Source of the DNA: Collinsella aerofaciens
Lineage (GTDB): Bacteria > Actinomycetota > Coriobacteriia > Coriobacteriales > Coriobacteriaceae
Assembly (NCBI GenBank): GCA_030826265.1
Contig: JAPJOH010000010.1
Coordinates: 1,886 to 65,885 of the forward strand
Length of the DNA stretch: 64,000 bases
Direction: 5' to 3'
The translations under genes were made by a program, and so were the position numbers. The notes beneath the pieces are model-generated. The model saw only the letters and a list, made by a program, of their open reading frames with translations, ran no database searches and was not told the DNA's origin. Below are positions 34,672 to 44,830 of this stretch, piece after piece (positions within the stretch are counted from its first letter, which is position 1; every line of letters starts with the position of its first letter).

Positions 34672-35694
34672 ATGGCACAGGAAGTAACCGCCAACGAGCA
34701 AAAGAAATTCAGGGTCCCGCGCATCCCGGGCGACATCATGATTTACCCGATGATCGTCGGTCTTTTGCTCAACACCTTCTGCCCGCAGGTCTTTGAGATC
34801 GGCGGCTTCTTTACGGCTGCCTGCCGCGGTGGCTCCAATACCATCGTCGCCGCGATCCTGCTCTTCGTGGGCGCCGGCATCAGCTTCAAGTCCACGCCGG
34901 GCGCCATCAAGACTGACATTGTCGTACTGATTCCCAAGCTGGTCGTCGCAGCGGCTCTCGGCCTGGGCGTGACATATTTCTTTAACGACAACTTCCTGGG
35001 TCTGAGCTCCGTGTCTATCATCGGCGGCATCACGTTTTGCAACATGGCGCTCTATACGGGCATCATGGGCGAGTTCGGCGATGAGTCCGAGCAGGGCGCT
35101 GTCGGTATCCTGTTCTTTACGGCCGGCCCCGCCGTCACGATGATCATCCTTGGTGTTTCGGGTCTCGCCAACATCCCCGTCGGCACCATCATCGGATCCA
35201 TCCTGCCGCTTGTTATCGGCATGGTCCTGGGCAACTTGTTCCCGTTTATCAAGAACCTGCTGGTTCCCGGCGCCAATCCCGCGATCGCTGTAATTGGTTT
35301 TCAGCTCGGTGCGTCCATGAGCCTTTCGAGCTTCATCGCCGGTGGCATTTCAGGCATCCTGCTGGGCCTCATCACGCTGTTTGTCGTCGGTCCCATCACC
35401 TTTGCGTTCGAGCGCCTGTGCGGTGGTAACGGCAAGGCCGCCGTGACTTGTTCCACCATCGCCGGCACGGCTATGACCACGCCGGTTGCTCTCGCCGAGG
35501 TCGCGCCGCGCTATGCCGAGCTTGCGCCCACCGCGTATGCGCAGATCGCCACTGCCGTCATCATCACGGCAATCATGGCCCCGATTCTGACTGGCTGGGT
35601 CGATAAGAAGTTCTGCCACGGCAAAGAGGATCTGTCGGTCGAAGGTGTCGAGGCTATTGAGGAGGCCGTCGCGACCGACATCGACGGCGAGTAA
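34672..35694 (+). CDS. kdgT: 2-keto-3-deoxygluconate permease family transporter
   Basis: RVPRIPGDIMIYPMIVGLLLNTFCP... is a KdgT-like polytopic protein. GGGGG RBS before ATG 34672. Confidence 0.75.
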   Translation: MAQEVTANEQKKFRVPRIPGDIMIYPMIVGLLLNTFCPQVFEIGGFFTAACRGGSNTIVAAILLFVGAGISFKSTPGAIKTDIVVLIPKLVVAAALGLGVTYFFNDNFLGLSSVSIIGGITFCNMALYTGIMGEFGDESEQGAVGILFFTAGPAVTMIILGVSGLANIPVGTIIGSILPLVIGMVLGNLFPFIKNLLVPGANPAIAVIGFQLGASMSLSSFIAGGISGILLGLITLFVVGPITFAFERLCGGNGKAAVTCSTIAGTAMTTPVALAEVAPRYAELAPTAYAQIATAVIITAIMAPILTGWVDKKFCHGKEDLSVEGVEAIEEAVATDIDGE

Positions 35695-35743
35695 TCGTCG
35701 ACGCGAGTCAATCAAGCCGGCGTGTGCAATTCGCGCCGTATGG

Positions 35744-35783
35744 GCGCCCGAACGGTGGCTGTTCTGCAGTGACGTTCGGGCGC
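35744..35783 (+). terminator. Stem-loop after kdgT
   Basis: GCGCCCGAACG-18 nt-CGTTCGGGCGC; weak T tract. Confidence 0.4.
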
Positions 35784-35884
35784 TCTGCTATGATTCCCTT
35801 TACCCCTGCGGAGAAAGGGGTGTTTGGCGCCTGGGCGCGACTCGGTCGATTCTGGCCACTTGGATATTGAAGGGAGGGCGTCTA

Positions 35885-37028
35885 GTGATTAAGGCACTCA
35901 AGATCGAGATATTCCTGCTGTGCATGATTATTCTTATCGGGCTTGCCATACGAAGTCGTCGCTCCCTGTTCTCGAGCACCCAGCAGCTTTTGTTTAGCAT
36001 GCTGGGCTACACGTCTGCTGCCTACATTTTCTTCGATATGATCTGGACGCTCTCGGACGGCGTAAGCACTCCTGTAGGCATCACGGCCAACTGGATTTCC
36101 AACGCGGTCTCGTTTTCGCTGTTCGCCATCGCGTGCCTCATTTGGTTTTTCTATTCCGAGACGATGCAGGGCTCACGGCTCCTGACCACGCCCTACAGGG
36201 TGGTACTTTTAACGTTGCCAACAGCATTGGTGGTCGTGCTGGCATTTACCAGCTACTGGACGCACGCTATGTTCTATATCGATGCACAGGGCGTATATCG
36301 TCGCGGAGCGCTTTATATGATTCAGCCTATCGTTAGCTACTGCTACGTCATATATACGTCCTTGCATGCCTTTATTCAGGCTCAAAAAGTCGAAAGCCTG
36401 CAAAAGAAGGCCATTTATCGCACCCTCGCCTTTTTTGCGGTTCCCGCTCTGGTGGGCGGTACCTTCCAGGTTTTGTTTTCGGTACCGGGCCTTTGCGTCG
36501 GTATAACGCTGAGCATCCTGCTGCTCTATATCGTCTATCAGGAGCAACTGATCTCTACTGACCCGTTGACTGGCCTCAACAATCGCAACCGTTTTGAGAC
36601 CTATATGCTGTCGCTCTTCTCAAATGTGGATCAGGCCGAAGATGTGTATCTGCTCATGATGGACGCCGACGGCTTTAAGCAGATTAACGATCAGTATGGA
36701 CATGTGGAGGGCGACCATGCGCTTCAGGTTGTTTCCACAGTACTCAAGGACGTCTGTTCGCCGTCCGGCGGCTTTATTGCGCGCTATGGCGGTGATGAGT
36801 TCGTCGTACTGCAGAAGGGGGGTGACGGAGCACGACATTATCCGCCTGTGTTCGGCGATCAATAACGAGCTCTCGCGCGCCGAGACACCCTACTCGCTTC
36901 GAATGTCTATCGGCTACGCGCGCTACGGCGATGGGATCAACACGTGGCAAGAGCTTCTGCGCGCTGCCGATGCGGAGCTCTACCGCGTCAAGGCCGAGAA
37001 AAAGAAAGCCGGCGTCCAGATACGCTAG
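35885..37028 (+). pseudogene. Membrane-bound GGDEF diguanylate cyclase, frameshifted in a G6 run
   Basis: GTG start with a GAAGGGAGGG RBS and about 6-7 TM helices. GGDEF domain: LTGLNNRNRFE...GHVEGDHAL...RYGGDEFVVLQKG. The reading frame changes at 36817-36822; the rest of the domain (VTEHDIIRLCSAINNEL...MSIGYARY...ADAELYRVKAEKK) is in the +1 frame to 37028. Confidence 0.75.
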
Positions 37029-37034
37029 AAAAAA

Positions 37035-37070
37035 GCGCACGACCGTTGCGATGGTCGTGCGCCCTTTTTG
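37035..37070. terminator. Terminator between convergent GGDEF and EamA genes
   Basis: GCGCACGACC-8 nt-GGTCGTGCGC followed by CCTTTTTG and preceded by AAAAA. Confidence 0.75.
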
Positions 37071-37216
37071 CGTTGGCGGGGGCCACTGGCCATAACGCCC
37101 AGGCGCGGTGCGGCAAGACGGGCGACTGCCGTCGCGACTCGGTACGAAATCAACGAGAACCAGTGTGCTCCATTGAGCTAAAGTGTGCGAACGTCCTCTC
37201 TAAAAAGGTGAGCTCG

Positions 37217-38152
37217 CTAGGCTTTTTTGGGTTTGTTGACGATGATGATGCCGCCGCAGACCAACAGCAGGGCAACGATGACGGTAACGGGGCTCGTGCC
37301 AGCGCCCTCACCGAGCAGCAGTGCGCTCAGCAGCACGCCAAAGACGGGGTTCATAAACCCAAAGACCGAGACGCGGCTGACGGGGTTGACGGCAAGCAGG
37401 CGCGACCACAGCGAGTAGGCGACGGCGGAAATGAGTGCCATATAAATGATGAGCGCGATGGCGGGGGCAATCGCCGTGGGGGAGAGCGCGCCACCCATCA
37501 ACAAACCGATGGCGGTGAGGACCAGGCCGCCGACCAAGAACTGCCACCCGGCAAGCAAGACGCCGTCGTGCTCGCGCGAGAAGATACCGATCAGGCAGGT
37601 CGAAAGGGCACCCGCGACGGTGGAGGCCAGGATAAAGCCCTCGCCGTCGAGCGCAAAGCCAAAGGTGCCGTCCGCGCCCGAAAGGTTGACGAGCGCGACA
37701 CCGGCAAAGCCCAGTGCGCAACCGAGTACCTTGGCCGCGTTGAGCTTTTCGGTGCGAAACGCCAGGGCGGCAAAGAGGATGGCTAGGAAGTTGGCGCTGG
37801 CCTCGATGATGGAGCTCGACATGGCACTGGCACGGGAGAGACCAAGGTAGAAAAAGAAGTACTGGCCGATGGTCTGGAAGAACGACAAGATAAAGATGGG
37901 CTTGATATCGCGTACCTGTGGGACGAGCGGGCGGCGCTGGGCCACGCTCATGCCAACAATGACCAGCATGCCGGCAAGGGTGAAGCGCAGACCCGCGAAG
38001 AGCAGCTGCGAGGCGCTGTCGTGCGCGGGAATGCCAAAGAGGCCGTAGCCGATCTTGATGCAGGGGAAGGCGGAGCCCCAGAGCGCGCAGCAAACGAGAC
38101 AGCCCAGGATGAGTCCGGGTAGGGTGGCGAGATACGGCTTGCGGCTTTCCAT
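37217..38152 (-). CDS. DMT superfamily (EamA-like) transporter
   Basis: Ten-TM-like hydrophobic profile with duplicated EamA halves. GGAAGGA RBS before ATG 38152. Confidence 0.8.
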   Translation of the reverse strand: MESRKPYLATLPGLILGCLVCCALWGSAFPCIKIGYGLFGIPAHDSASQLLFAGLRFTLAGMLVIVGMSVAQRRPLVPQVRDIKPIFILSFFQTIGQYFFFYLGLSRASAMSSSIIEASANFLAILFAALAFRTEKLNAAKVLGCALGFAGVALVNLSGADGTFGFALDGEGFILASTVAGALSTCLIGIFSREHDGVLLAGWQFLVGGLVLTAIGLLMGGALSPTAIAPAIALIIYMALISAVAYSLWSRLLAVNPVSRVSVFGFMNPVFGVLLSALLLGEGAGTSPVTVIVALLLVCGGIIIVNKPKKA

Positions 38153-38175
38153 GATGTCCTTCCTACATGCGCGAA

Positions 38176-38214
38176 GCAAAAAAGAACCCGCCACCGGGCG
38201 TGCCGGTGGCGGGT
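38176..38214 (-). terminator. Intrinsic terminator of purL
   Basis: Minus strand: ACCCGCCACCGG-loop-CCGGTGGCGGGT followed by TCTTTTTTGC. Confidence 0.8.
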
Positions 38215-38251
38215 GTTGTTACCCGAGGGGATTGTACCCGATGGGAACGGT

Positions 38252-41200
38252 TTAGGCGAAGTAGGCTACGCCGCTCTCAAAGATCGGCATGAACTTATCG
38301 CCGGGGACATGCTCGGGCACGTTGCGGTACAGGTTGTCGCCGCGACGTTCGGCATGGCCCATCTTGCCCAGGACGCGGCCGTCGGGGCTCGTGATGCCCT
38401 CGATGGCGAGTGCGGAGCCGTTGGGGTTGACGGGAAGGTCCATGCTGGGCTTGCCGTCCTCGCCCACGTACTGCGTGGCGACCTGGCCGTTGGCGATAAG
38501 CTGGGCGAGTACCTCGTCGTTGGCGACAAAGCGGCCCTCGCCGTGGCTGATGGCGACGGTGTAGGGGTCGTCGAGGCTGCACTGCGACAGCCACGGGGAC
38601 AGGTTGGACGAGATACGGGTGCGCACCAGGCGGCTCTGATGGCGACCGATGGTGTTGAACGTCAGCGTGGGCGCGTCGGGCGTGGCGTCGACGATGTCGC
38701 CGTAGGGCACCAGGCCGAGCTTGACCAGGGCCTGGAAGCCGTTGCAGATGCCCAGCATCAGGCCGTCTCGGGCCTTGAGCAGGTCGCGGACTGCCTCGGT
38801 GACCTCGGGAGCGCGGAAGAACGCCGTGATGAACTTGGCGGAGCCGTCGGGCTCGTCACCGCCCGAGAAGCCGCCGGGGATCATGACGATCTGGCTTGCA
38901 CGGATGCGGCGGGCAAGCTCGTGGGTGCTCTCGGCGACGGCCTCGGGCGTGAGATTGTTGATCACGAAGGTGTCGGCCTCGGCACCGGCGGCACGGAAAG
39001 CGCGGGCGCTGTCGTACTCGCAGTTGTTGCCGGGGAACACGGGGATGATCACGCGCGGACGGGCGATCTTGGCGCCGCCGTACACGTGAATGTCCTTGGC
39101 GCGGAAGTCGATGGTCTCGACCTCGGGGGTCTCGCCGGCGCTGCGGTAGGCGAAGACGTCCTCGATGCCGCTCTCCCAGGCCTCCTGGAGCTCGGCGAGC
39201 TCGATGACCTCGGAGCCGGTGTCGATGACATAGCCCTCGACGGTGGTACCCAGGGGCTCGACGACAACGCCGTCGGCGACCTCGGGCAGCTCGGCATCCT
39301 CGGCGAGCTCGACGATAAAGCTGCCATAGAGCGGGGTGAAGAGGCTCTCCACGTCCACATCCTCGGCAAGCTCGATGCCGATCTGGTTGCCGACGCACAT
39401 CTTAAAGAGGCTCTCGGCGCCACAGCCGTAGCCGGGCGTGGAGACGGCCAGGGCGTCGCCGGTAGCAGTGAGCGCCTCGACGGCGTCAAACGCGGCGAGC
39501 AGCTGCTGGGCGTCGGGGCGGTAGTCCTCGCCGTAGGTAGCGGGGGCGATGCGGACGACGCGGTGCGTCAGGCCCTTGAACTCAGGGGAGACGGCGCGCG
39601 CCGCGCGGCCCACGGCAACAGCGAAGCTGATCAGAGTCGGCGGAACGTTGAGCTCGCCGGCCTCGTCCTCAAACGAGCCGCTCATGGAGTCCTTGCCGCC
39701 GATGGCGCCGGCACCCAGGTCGACTTGGGCCATGAGGGCGCCCAGGACGGCTGCTGTGGGCTTGCCCCAGCGCTCGGCCTCGGTGCGCAGACGCTCGAAG
39801 TACTCCTGGAAGGAGAGATAGGCGCGTTTGTGCTCAAAGCCGGCAGCCACAAGTTTGGCGATGGACTCGACCACGGACAGATAGGCGCCCGCAAACTGGT
39901 CGGCCTCCATCAGATCGGGGTTGAAGCCCCATGCCATGGCGCTTGCCGTGGTGGTCTCGCCGTCCACGGGGAACTTGGCGACCATGGCCGAGCTCGGGGT
40001 GAGCTGCGTCTTGCCGCCAAAAGGCATAAGCACGGTTGCGGCACCGATGGTGGAGTCGAAGCGCTCGGAAAGGCCCTTGTTGGAGGCAACGTTGAGGTCG
40101 GTGACAAGCGAGGTCATGCGCTCGGCAAGCGTGGTGCCGGCCCAGCTGGGCTGCCACACGCTGCGGGCGCACACGTGGGCGACCTGGTGCTTGGGCGCGC
40201 CGTTGGAGTTGAGGAACTCGCGGGATAGGTCGACGATGGCGACACCGTTCCAGGCCATGCGCATGCGCGGCTCGGCGGTAACCTCGGCGATAACGGTCGC
40301 CTCCAGGTTTTCCTCGGCGGCGTAGCCCATGAACTCCTCGACGTCACCGTCGGCGACGGCGCAGGCCATGCGCTCCTGGGACTCGGAAATGGCGAGCTCG
40401 GTGCCGTCCAGGCCGTCGTACTTCTTGGTCACGGTGTCCAGGTCGACATACAGGCCGTCGGCAAGCTCGCCCACGGCGACCGAGACGCCGCCGGCGCCAA
40501 AGTCGTTGCAACGCTTGATCAGGCGGCAGGCGTCGCCGCGGCGGAAGAGGCGCTGCAGCTTGCGCTCGACCGGGGCGTTGCCCTTCTGGACCTCGGCACC
40601 CGAGGTCTCGATGGACTCGGTGTTCTGGGTCTTGGAGGAGCCGGTGGCACCGCCGATGCCGTCACGGCCGGTGCGGCCGCCCAGCAGGATGATCTTGTCG
40701 GTGGGGGCGGGGCACTCGCGGCGCACGTGGTTTGCCGGGGTAGCGCCCACGACGGCGCCGACCTCCATGCGCTTGGCCACGTAGCCGGGGTGATAGAGCT
40801 CGTTGACCTGACCGGTGGCAAGGCCGATCTGGTTACCGTAGCTGGAGTAGCCGGCGGCGGCAGTGGTCACGAGCTTTCGCTGCGGCAGCTTGCCCTCGAG
40901 CGTCTCGGAAACCGGGACGGTGGGGTCGCCGGCACCGGTGACGCGCATGGCCTGATACACATAGCTGCGGCCCGAGAGCGGGTCACGGATAGCGCCGCCC
41001 ACGCAGGTGGCGGCACCGCCGAAGGGCTCGATCTCGGTCGGGTGGTTATGGGTCTCGTTCTTAAACAGGAACAGCCAGTCCTGGTCCTCGCCGTCGACAT
41101 CGACCTTCACCTTGACGGTGCAGGCGTTGATTTCCTCGGACTCGTCGACATCGGTCATGACGCCGGTCTTCTTAAGGTACTTGGCGCCGATGGTGCCCAT

Positions 41201-41998
41201 GTCCATGAGGCAGACGGGCTTGGCGTCGCGGCCGAGTTCGTGGCGCATCTCCATGTAGCGGTCGAAGGCCTGCTGCACCACGGCGTCGTCGATCGTCACG
41301 TCGTCCAGGACGGTGCCGAAGGTGGTGTGGCGGCAGTGGTCGGACCAGTAGGTGTCGATCACGCGGATCTCGGTGATGGTGGGGTCGCGGTCCTCATCGC
41401 GGAAGTACTGCTGACAGAAGGCGATGTCCGCCTCGTCCATGGCAAGACCGCGCTCGGAGATAAAGGCGGCAAGGCCGGCCTCGTCGAGCTCGCGGAAGCC
41501 GTCGAGCACTTCGACGGGCTGGGGCTCGGGAGTCTCGATGTGCAGCGTCTCGGGCAGGTCGAGCGAGGCGATGCGCGCCTCGACGGGGTTTACCACGTAG
41601 TGCTTGATGGCCTCGATGGCGGCTTCGTCCAGAGCGCCCGAGATCATATAGACCTTGGCGGAGCGCACGGCGGGGCGCTCGCCCTGGCTGATGAGCTGCA
41701 CGCACTCGCTGGCGGAGTCGGCGCGCTGGTCAAACTGGCCAGGCAGGAATTCGACGGCAAAGACGGCGCCATCGCTTGCGGGGAGCTCGTCGTAGGTCAC
41801 ATCGACCTGGGGCTCGCTAAAGACGGTCGGCACGCAGGAGCGGAAAAGCTCCTCGTCGATGCCCTCGACGTCGTAGCGGTTGATGATCCTCAGGGCCTCG
41901 ATGCCCTTGATGCCGAGAATCTCGGTCAGCTCGCCCTTGAGCTGCTGAGCCTCGACGTCGAACCCGGGTTTCTTCTCCACGTAGATACGAGAGACCAT
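38252..41998 (-). CDS. purL: Phosphoribosylformylglycinamidine synthase, single-chain large form
   Basis: N-terminal PurS-like region, AIR-synthase-like repeats (GGRTGRDGIGGATGSS) and a C-terminal GATase (GICNGFQAL...HGEGRF). GGAAGG RBS before MVSRIYVEKK. Confidence 0.95.
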   Translation of the reverse strand: MVSRIYVEKKPGFDVEAQQLKGELTEILGIKGIEALRIINRYDVEGIDEELFRSCVPTVFSEPQVDVTYDELPASDGAVFAVEFLPGQFDQRADSASECVQLISQGERPAVRSAKVYMISGALDEAAIEAIKHYVVNPVEARIASLDLPETLHIETPEPQPVEVLDGFRELDEAGLAAFISERGLAMDEADIAFCQQYFRDEDRDPTITEIRVIDTYWSDHCRHTTFGTVLDDVTIDDAVVQQAFDRYMEMRHELGRDAKPVCLMDMGTIGAKYLKKTGVMTDVDESEEINACTVKVKVDVDGEDQDWLFLFKNETHNHPTEIEPFGGAATCVGGAIRDPLSGRSYVYQAMRVTGAGDPTVPVSETLEGKLPQRKLVTTAAAGYSSYGNQIGLATGQVNELYHPGYVAKRMEVGAVVGATPANHVRRECPAPTDKIILLGGRTGRDGIGGATGSSKTQNTESIETSGAEVQKGNAPVERKLQRLFRRGDACRLIKRCNDFGAGGVSVAVGELADGLYVDLDTVTKKYDGLDGTELAISESQERMACAVADGDVEEFMGYAAEENLEATVIAEVTAEPRMRMAWNGVAIVDLSREFLNSNGAPKHQVAHVCARSVWQPSWAGTTLAERMTSLVTDLNVASNKGLSERFDSTIGAATVLMPFGGKTQLTPSSAMVAKFPVDGETTTASAMAWGFNPDLMEADQFAGAYLSVVESIAKLVAAGFEHKRAYLSFQEYFERLRTEAERWGKPTAAVLGALMAQVDLGAGAIGGKDSMSGSFEDEAGELNVPPTLISFAVAVGRAARAVSPEFKGLTHRVVRIAPATYGEDYRPDAQQLLAAFDAVEALTATGDALAVSTPGYGCGAESLFKMCVGNQIGIELAEDVDVESLFTPLYGSFIVELAEDAELPEVADGVVVEPLGTTVEGYVIDTGSEVIELAELQEAWESGIEDVFAYRSAGETPEVETIDFRAKDIHVYGGAKIARPRVIIPVFPGNNCEYDSARAFRAAGAEADTFVINNLTPEAVAESTHELARRIRASQIVMIPGGFSGGDEPDGSAKFITAFFRAPEVTEAVRDLLKARDGLMLGICNGFQALVKLGLVPYGDIVDATPDAPTLTFNTIGRHQSRLVRTRISSNLSPWLSQCSLDDPYTVAISHGEGRFVANDEVLAQLIANGQVATQYVGEDGKPSMDLPVNPNGSALAIEGITSPDGRVLGKMGHAERRGDNLYRNVPEHVPGDKFMPIFESGVAYFA

Positions 41999-42182
41999 TG
42001 GTTCCTGCCTTCCTGATCGGTTGGGCGTACGGTACGGTATGCGGCAGCGGTCGGTTTGCGGGGTCTGCCCTGCGGTCGCCTTGAGCCACATGTTTGTAAA
42101 CCTCACTATGATACGACAGCTCGCGGCGCGTTGAGGACGGCGAGGGTGCTACAGTGAAGCGCAAACAAGAGAAAGGCATCAC

Positions 42183-43745
42183 ATGGCATTCGTTTCACTC
42201 GCCATCATCGCGCTCGTGGCCTTTGCAAGCCCCTTCATCGCCTCGGCGATTCCCGGAAAACCCATTCCCGAAACGGTCTTTTTGCTCGTGTTCGGCGCGG
42301 TGCTGGGACCCCATATGCTCGACATTATCCATGTAGATGCCGAGGTCTCGCTTGTGTCCGAGCTCGGTCTGGCCTTTTTGTTCCTGCTCGCCGGCTTTGA
42401 GATCGACCCCAAGAGCATCACGGGCGTCGAGGGGCGCTACGGCTTGGCGACGTGGGTCGTCACGTTTGGTATCGCCTGGCTTGCCGTGCGCTTTACCCCG
42501 TGGTTCTCGGTCAGTCATTTCGACGGTATCGCCGTGACGCTTGCCCTCACTTCTACGGCGCTCGGCACGCTCGTGCCCATCATGCGCGAGCGCTCGCTCA
42601 CCGGCACGCGTGTGGGCGACTCGATTCTCGCGTATGGCACTTGGGGCGAGCTCGGTCCCGTGCTCGCCATGTCGGTGCTGCTGTCTGCTCGCACTGGCAT
42701 CCAAACGCTCGTAATCCTTGGCTTGTTTGCGGTGGTTTGCGTGTTGCTGGCCGTGGTCCCAAGCCGCTCCAAGCGCGTCGGCAGCCGCTTCTTTGCGTTT
42801 GTCGAGGAGCGCGCCGATACCACGTCGCAGACCTTCGTGCGCCTGACGGTGCTCATCCTGGTCACGCTCGTGGCATTCTCGGCCGTCTTTGATCTCGACA
42901 TCGTGTTGGGTTCTTTTGCCGCCGGCTTTGTCCTGCGCTATATCATCCCCGAGGGCAACCATACGCTCGAGACTAAGCTCGACGGCCTGGCCTACGGCTT
43001 TTTGATTCCGGTGTTCTTCACCGTGTCGGGCGCAAAGATCGACCTGACGGCCGTGGCGTCGCGCCCGGGCTTGCTCGCGGGCTTTATCGTGGCGTTGCTG
43101 ATTATTCGCGCCGTGCCCATCCTCATCTCTATGGGCATTTGTCCTGCGACGCGCGATGTGTCGGCGTATGGCCGCATTACCGTGGCCCTGTACTGCACCA
43201 CGGCTCTGCCGATCATCGTTGCCGTGACGAGCGTTGCCGTCAACGCGGGCGCGCTGTCGCAAGATATTGCGTCGGTCATGGTCGCTGCCGGTGCCATCAC
43301 GGTGTTCTTGATGCCGCTGCTCGCGCAGCTCTTCTATCGCGTGGTCGATGCCGCGCCGGTCGCCGCCGTGGCAGAGGTTGCCGAGCATCCTTCCGACGCG
43401 CTCGATATTCTGCGCGCCCATCACGATTTGGCGAGCCTGCTCGCGCGCGAGCATGAGCTGCTGACCTCGCATGGTCACGGTCGCGTATTCGAGGGCCTGC
43501 CTACGCTCGATACGATTGCCGAGCGTCTTTCCGCCGAGGCGGCGAGCGGCCACATCGATGCCCGCATCGTGGACGCGGCGCATCTTCTTGCCGATAAGAC
43601 CTATGGAGACGAGGTTGACCCGTCCGAGCTGACTCCGCGTGAGCGCCGCCGCCTGGAGCGCGCCAAGCTCGCCGTGCACGAATACCGCCGCCGCATGCTG
43701 GAGCTCTACGCGCGCGAAGAAGCCGAAGACGACGACGGTAAGTAG
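42183..43745 (+). CDS. Cation:proton antiporter (CPA2-like) with C-terminal soluble extension
   Basis: Na+/H+ exchanger-like polytopic N-terminal ~380 aa and a charged C-terminal tail. Confidence 0.8.
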   Translation: MAFVSLAIIALVAFASPFIASAIPGKPIPETVFLLVFGAVLGPHMLDIIHVDAEVSLVSELGLAFLFLLAGFEIDPKSITGVEGRYGLATWVVTFGIAWLAVRFTPWFSVSHFDGIAVTLALTSTALGTLVPIMRERSLTGTRVGDSILAYGTWGELGPVLAMSVLLSARTGIQTLVILGLFAVVCVLLAVVPSRSKRVGSRFFAFVEERADTTSQTFVRLTVLILVTLVAFSAVFDLDIVLGSFAAGFVLRYIIPEGNHTLETKLDGLAYGFLIPVFFTVSGAKIDLTAVASRPGLLAGFIVALLIIRAVPILISMGICPATRDVSAYGRITVALYCTTALPIIVAVTSVAVNAGALSQDIASVMVAAGAITVFLMPLLAQLFYRVVDAAPVAAVAEVAEHPSDALDILRAHHDLASLLAREHELLTSHGHGRVFEGLPTLDTIAERLSAEAASGHIDARIVDAAHLLADKTYGDEVDPSELTPRERRRLERAKLAVHEYRRRMLELYAREEAEDDDGK

Positions 43746-43778
43746 TACGTAATGCGGGTAAACGGGTACCGACCAAAT

Positions 43779-43826
43779 AAAAGACGGCGCGCGGCCGGCG
43801 GTTGATGCAGGCAGCGCGCCTTTTGC
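43779..43826. terminator. Bidirectional terminator between the antiporter and SDR genes
   Basis: AAAAGAC-GGCGCGC ... GCGCGCC-TTTTG. Confidence 0.5.
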
Positions 43827-43866
43827 GTTGGGCCTCGTTGAGGTTCGAAGTCGTGGCTTGCGACCT

Positions 43867-44616
43867 TTAGGAGCGGGCGGCTCCGTCGACGGGGAGGATG
43901 GCGCCCGTGACATAGGAGGACATGTCGCTTGCCAAGAAGACAAAGGCGTTGGCGACATCCTCGGGCTCGCCCATGCGACCCAGCGGAATGGTGGCGATGA
44001 TGGGCTTGATGACCTCTTCGGGCAGGTTGGCGACCATATCGGTCTTGGTTACGCCTGGGGCGACGGCGTTGACGCGAATACCCATGGGGGCGAGCTCGCG
44101 CGAGAGCGACTGGACCATGCCATTGACGGCAAACTTGGACGTGGGGTAACCGACGCCGGAGGGCTGGCCGTACTTGGCGACCATCGAGCTTGTGGTAGTG
44201 ATGGTGCCGCCGTGGCCGGCCTCGGTCATGATCTTGGCGGCAGCCTGGTGGCCATTAAAGACAGCGACGACGTTAAGGTCCATGACCTTTGCGAACTCCT
44301 CGGCCGTGTAGTCCAAAAGGGGCGAGCGCTGGGAGATGCCGGCGTTGTTGACGACCGTATCGAGACCGCCCATATCGGCTGCAGCCTGGGTAAAGGCCTC
44401 GGTCACGGCCTCGAGCGAGGTGAGATCGCAGGAACGGCCCCAGACCTTGGCGTCGGGATAGACAGCTGTCAGCTTCTCAACGGCTGCATCGGCAGTCTCC
44501 TGGCGCGAGCCAAAGACGGTGACGGCGGCACCCTCCTCGATAAAACGGCAGGCGATGGCATAGCCGATACCGCGCGTGCCTCCGGTGACGATTGCTTTCT
44601 TGCCCTCGAGCAACAT
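43867..44616 (-). CDS. SDR family oxidoreductase (FabG-like)
   Basis: TGGTRGIG, NAG and YPTSK motifs. GGAGG RBS before MLLEGKK. Confidence 0.88.
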   Translation of the reverse strand: MLLEGKKAIVTGGTRGIGYAIACRFIEEGAAVTVFGSRQETADAAVEKLTAVYPDAKVWGRSCDLTSLEAVTEAFTQAAADMGGLDTVVNNAGISQRSPLLDYTAEEFAKVMDLNVVAVFNGHQAAAKIMTEAGHGGTITTTSSMVAKYGQPSGVGYPTSKFAVNGMVQSLSRELAPMGIRVNAVAPGVTKTDMVANLPEEVIKPIIATIPLGRMGEPEDVANAFVFLASDMSSYVTGAILPVDGAARS

Positions 44617-44763
44617 GGTGCCTCCATTCTTCGGGGGTGGACGTACGCAGCACAGCGTAGCGGTAGCCGGAATCGGCCGCGTTTGCATATCGGTGAACGG
44701 TAGCCCGCGTTACCGATGAGCGGCTCGCGCAAATGTGCTCTGCCGTTGTGCTTAGGGCAGGAG

Positions 44764-44799
44764 ACAAAAGGGCTCCCGTCCCACATCGGACGGGAGCCC
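44764..44799 (-). terminator. Intrinsic terminator of hom
   Basis: Minus strand: GGGCTCCCGTCC-loop-GGACGGGAGCCC followed by TTTTG. Confidence 0.8.
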
Positions 44800-44830
44800 T
44801 CAAAGCGCGTATTGCTAGGCGATTGATGGA

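Noticed and set aside
38213-42016. 671-aa and 429-aa plus-strand ORFs across purL
   Set aside because: G/A/V/D-rich mirror frames of a clearly recognisable purL on the minus strand; no RBS or motifs.
41999-42182. Possible purine or ZTP riboswitch in the purL leader
   Set aside because: I read the minus-strand leader. It has neither the purine-riboswitch core (UAUA...UUUCUACC...CCGUAAAU-like) nor the ZTP/pfl CCGCCUGGGC pseudoknot element. A covariance-model scan would be needed to be sure.
42195-43958. 587-aa minus-strand ORF over the antiporter gene
   Set aside because: R/H/D-rich shadow ORF. The plus strand encodes a coherent polytopic transporter.
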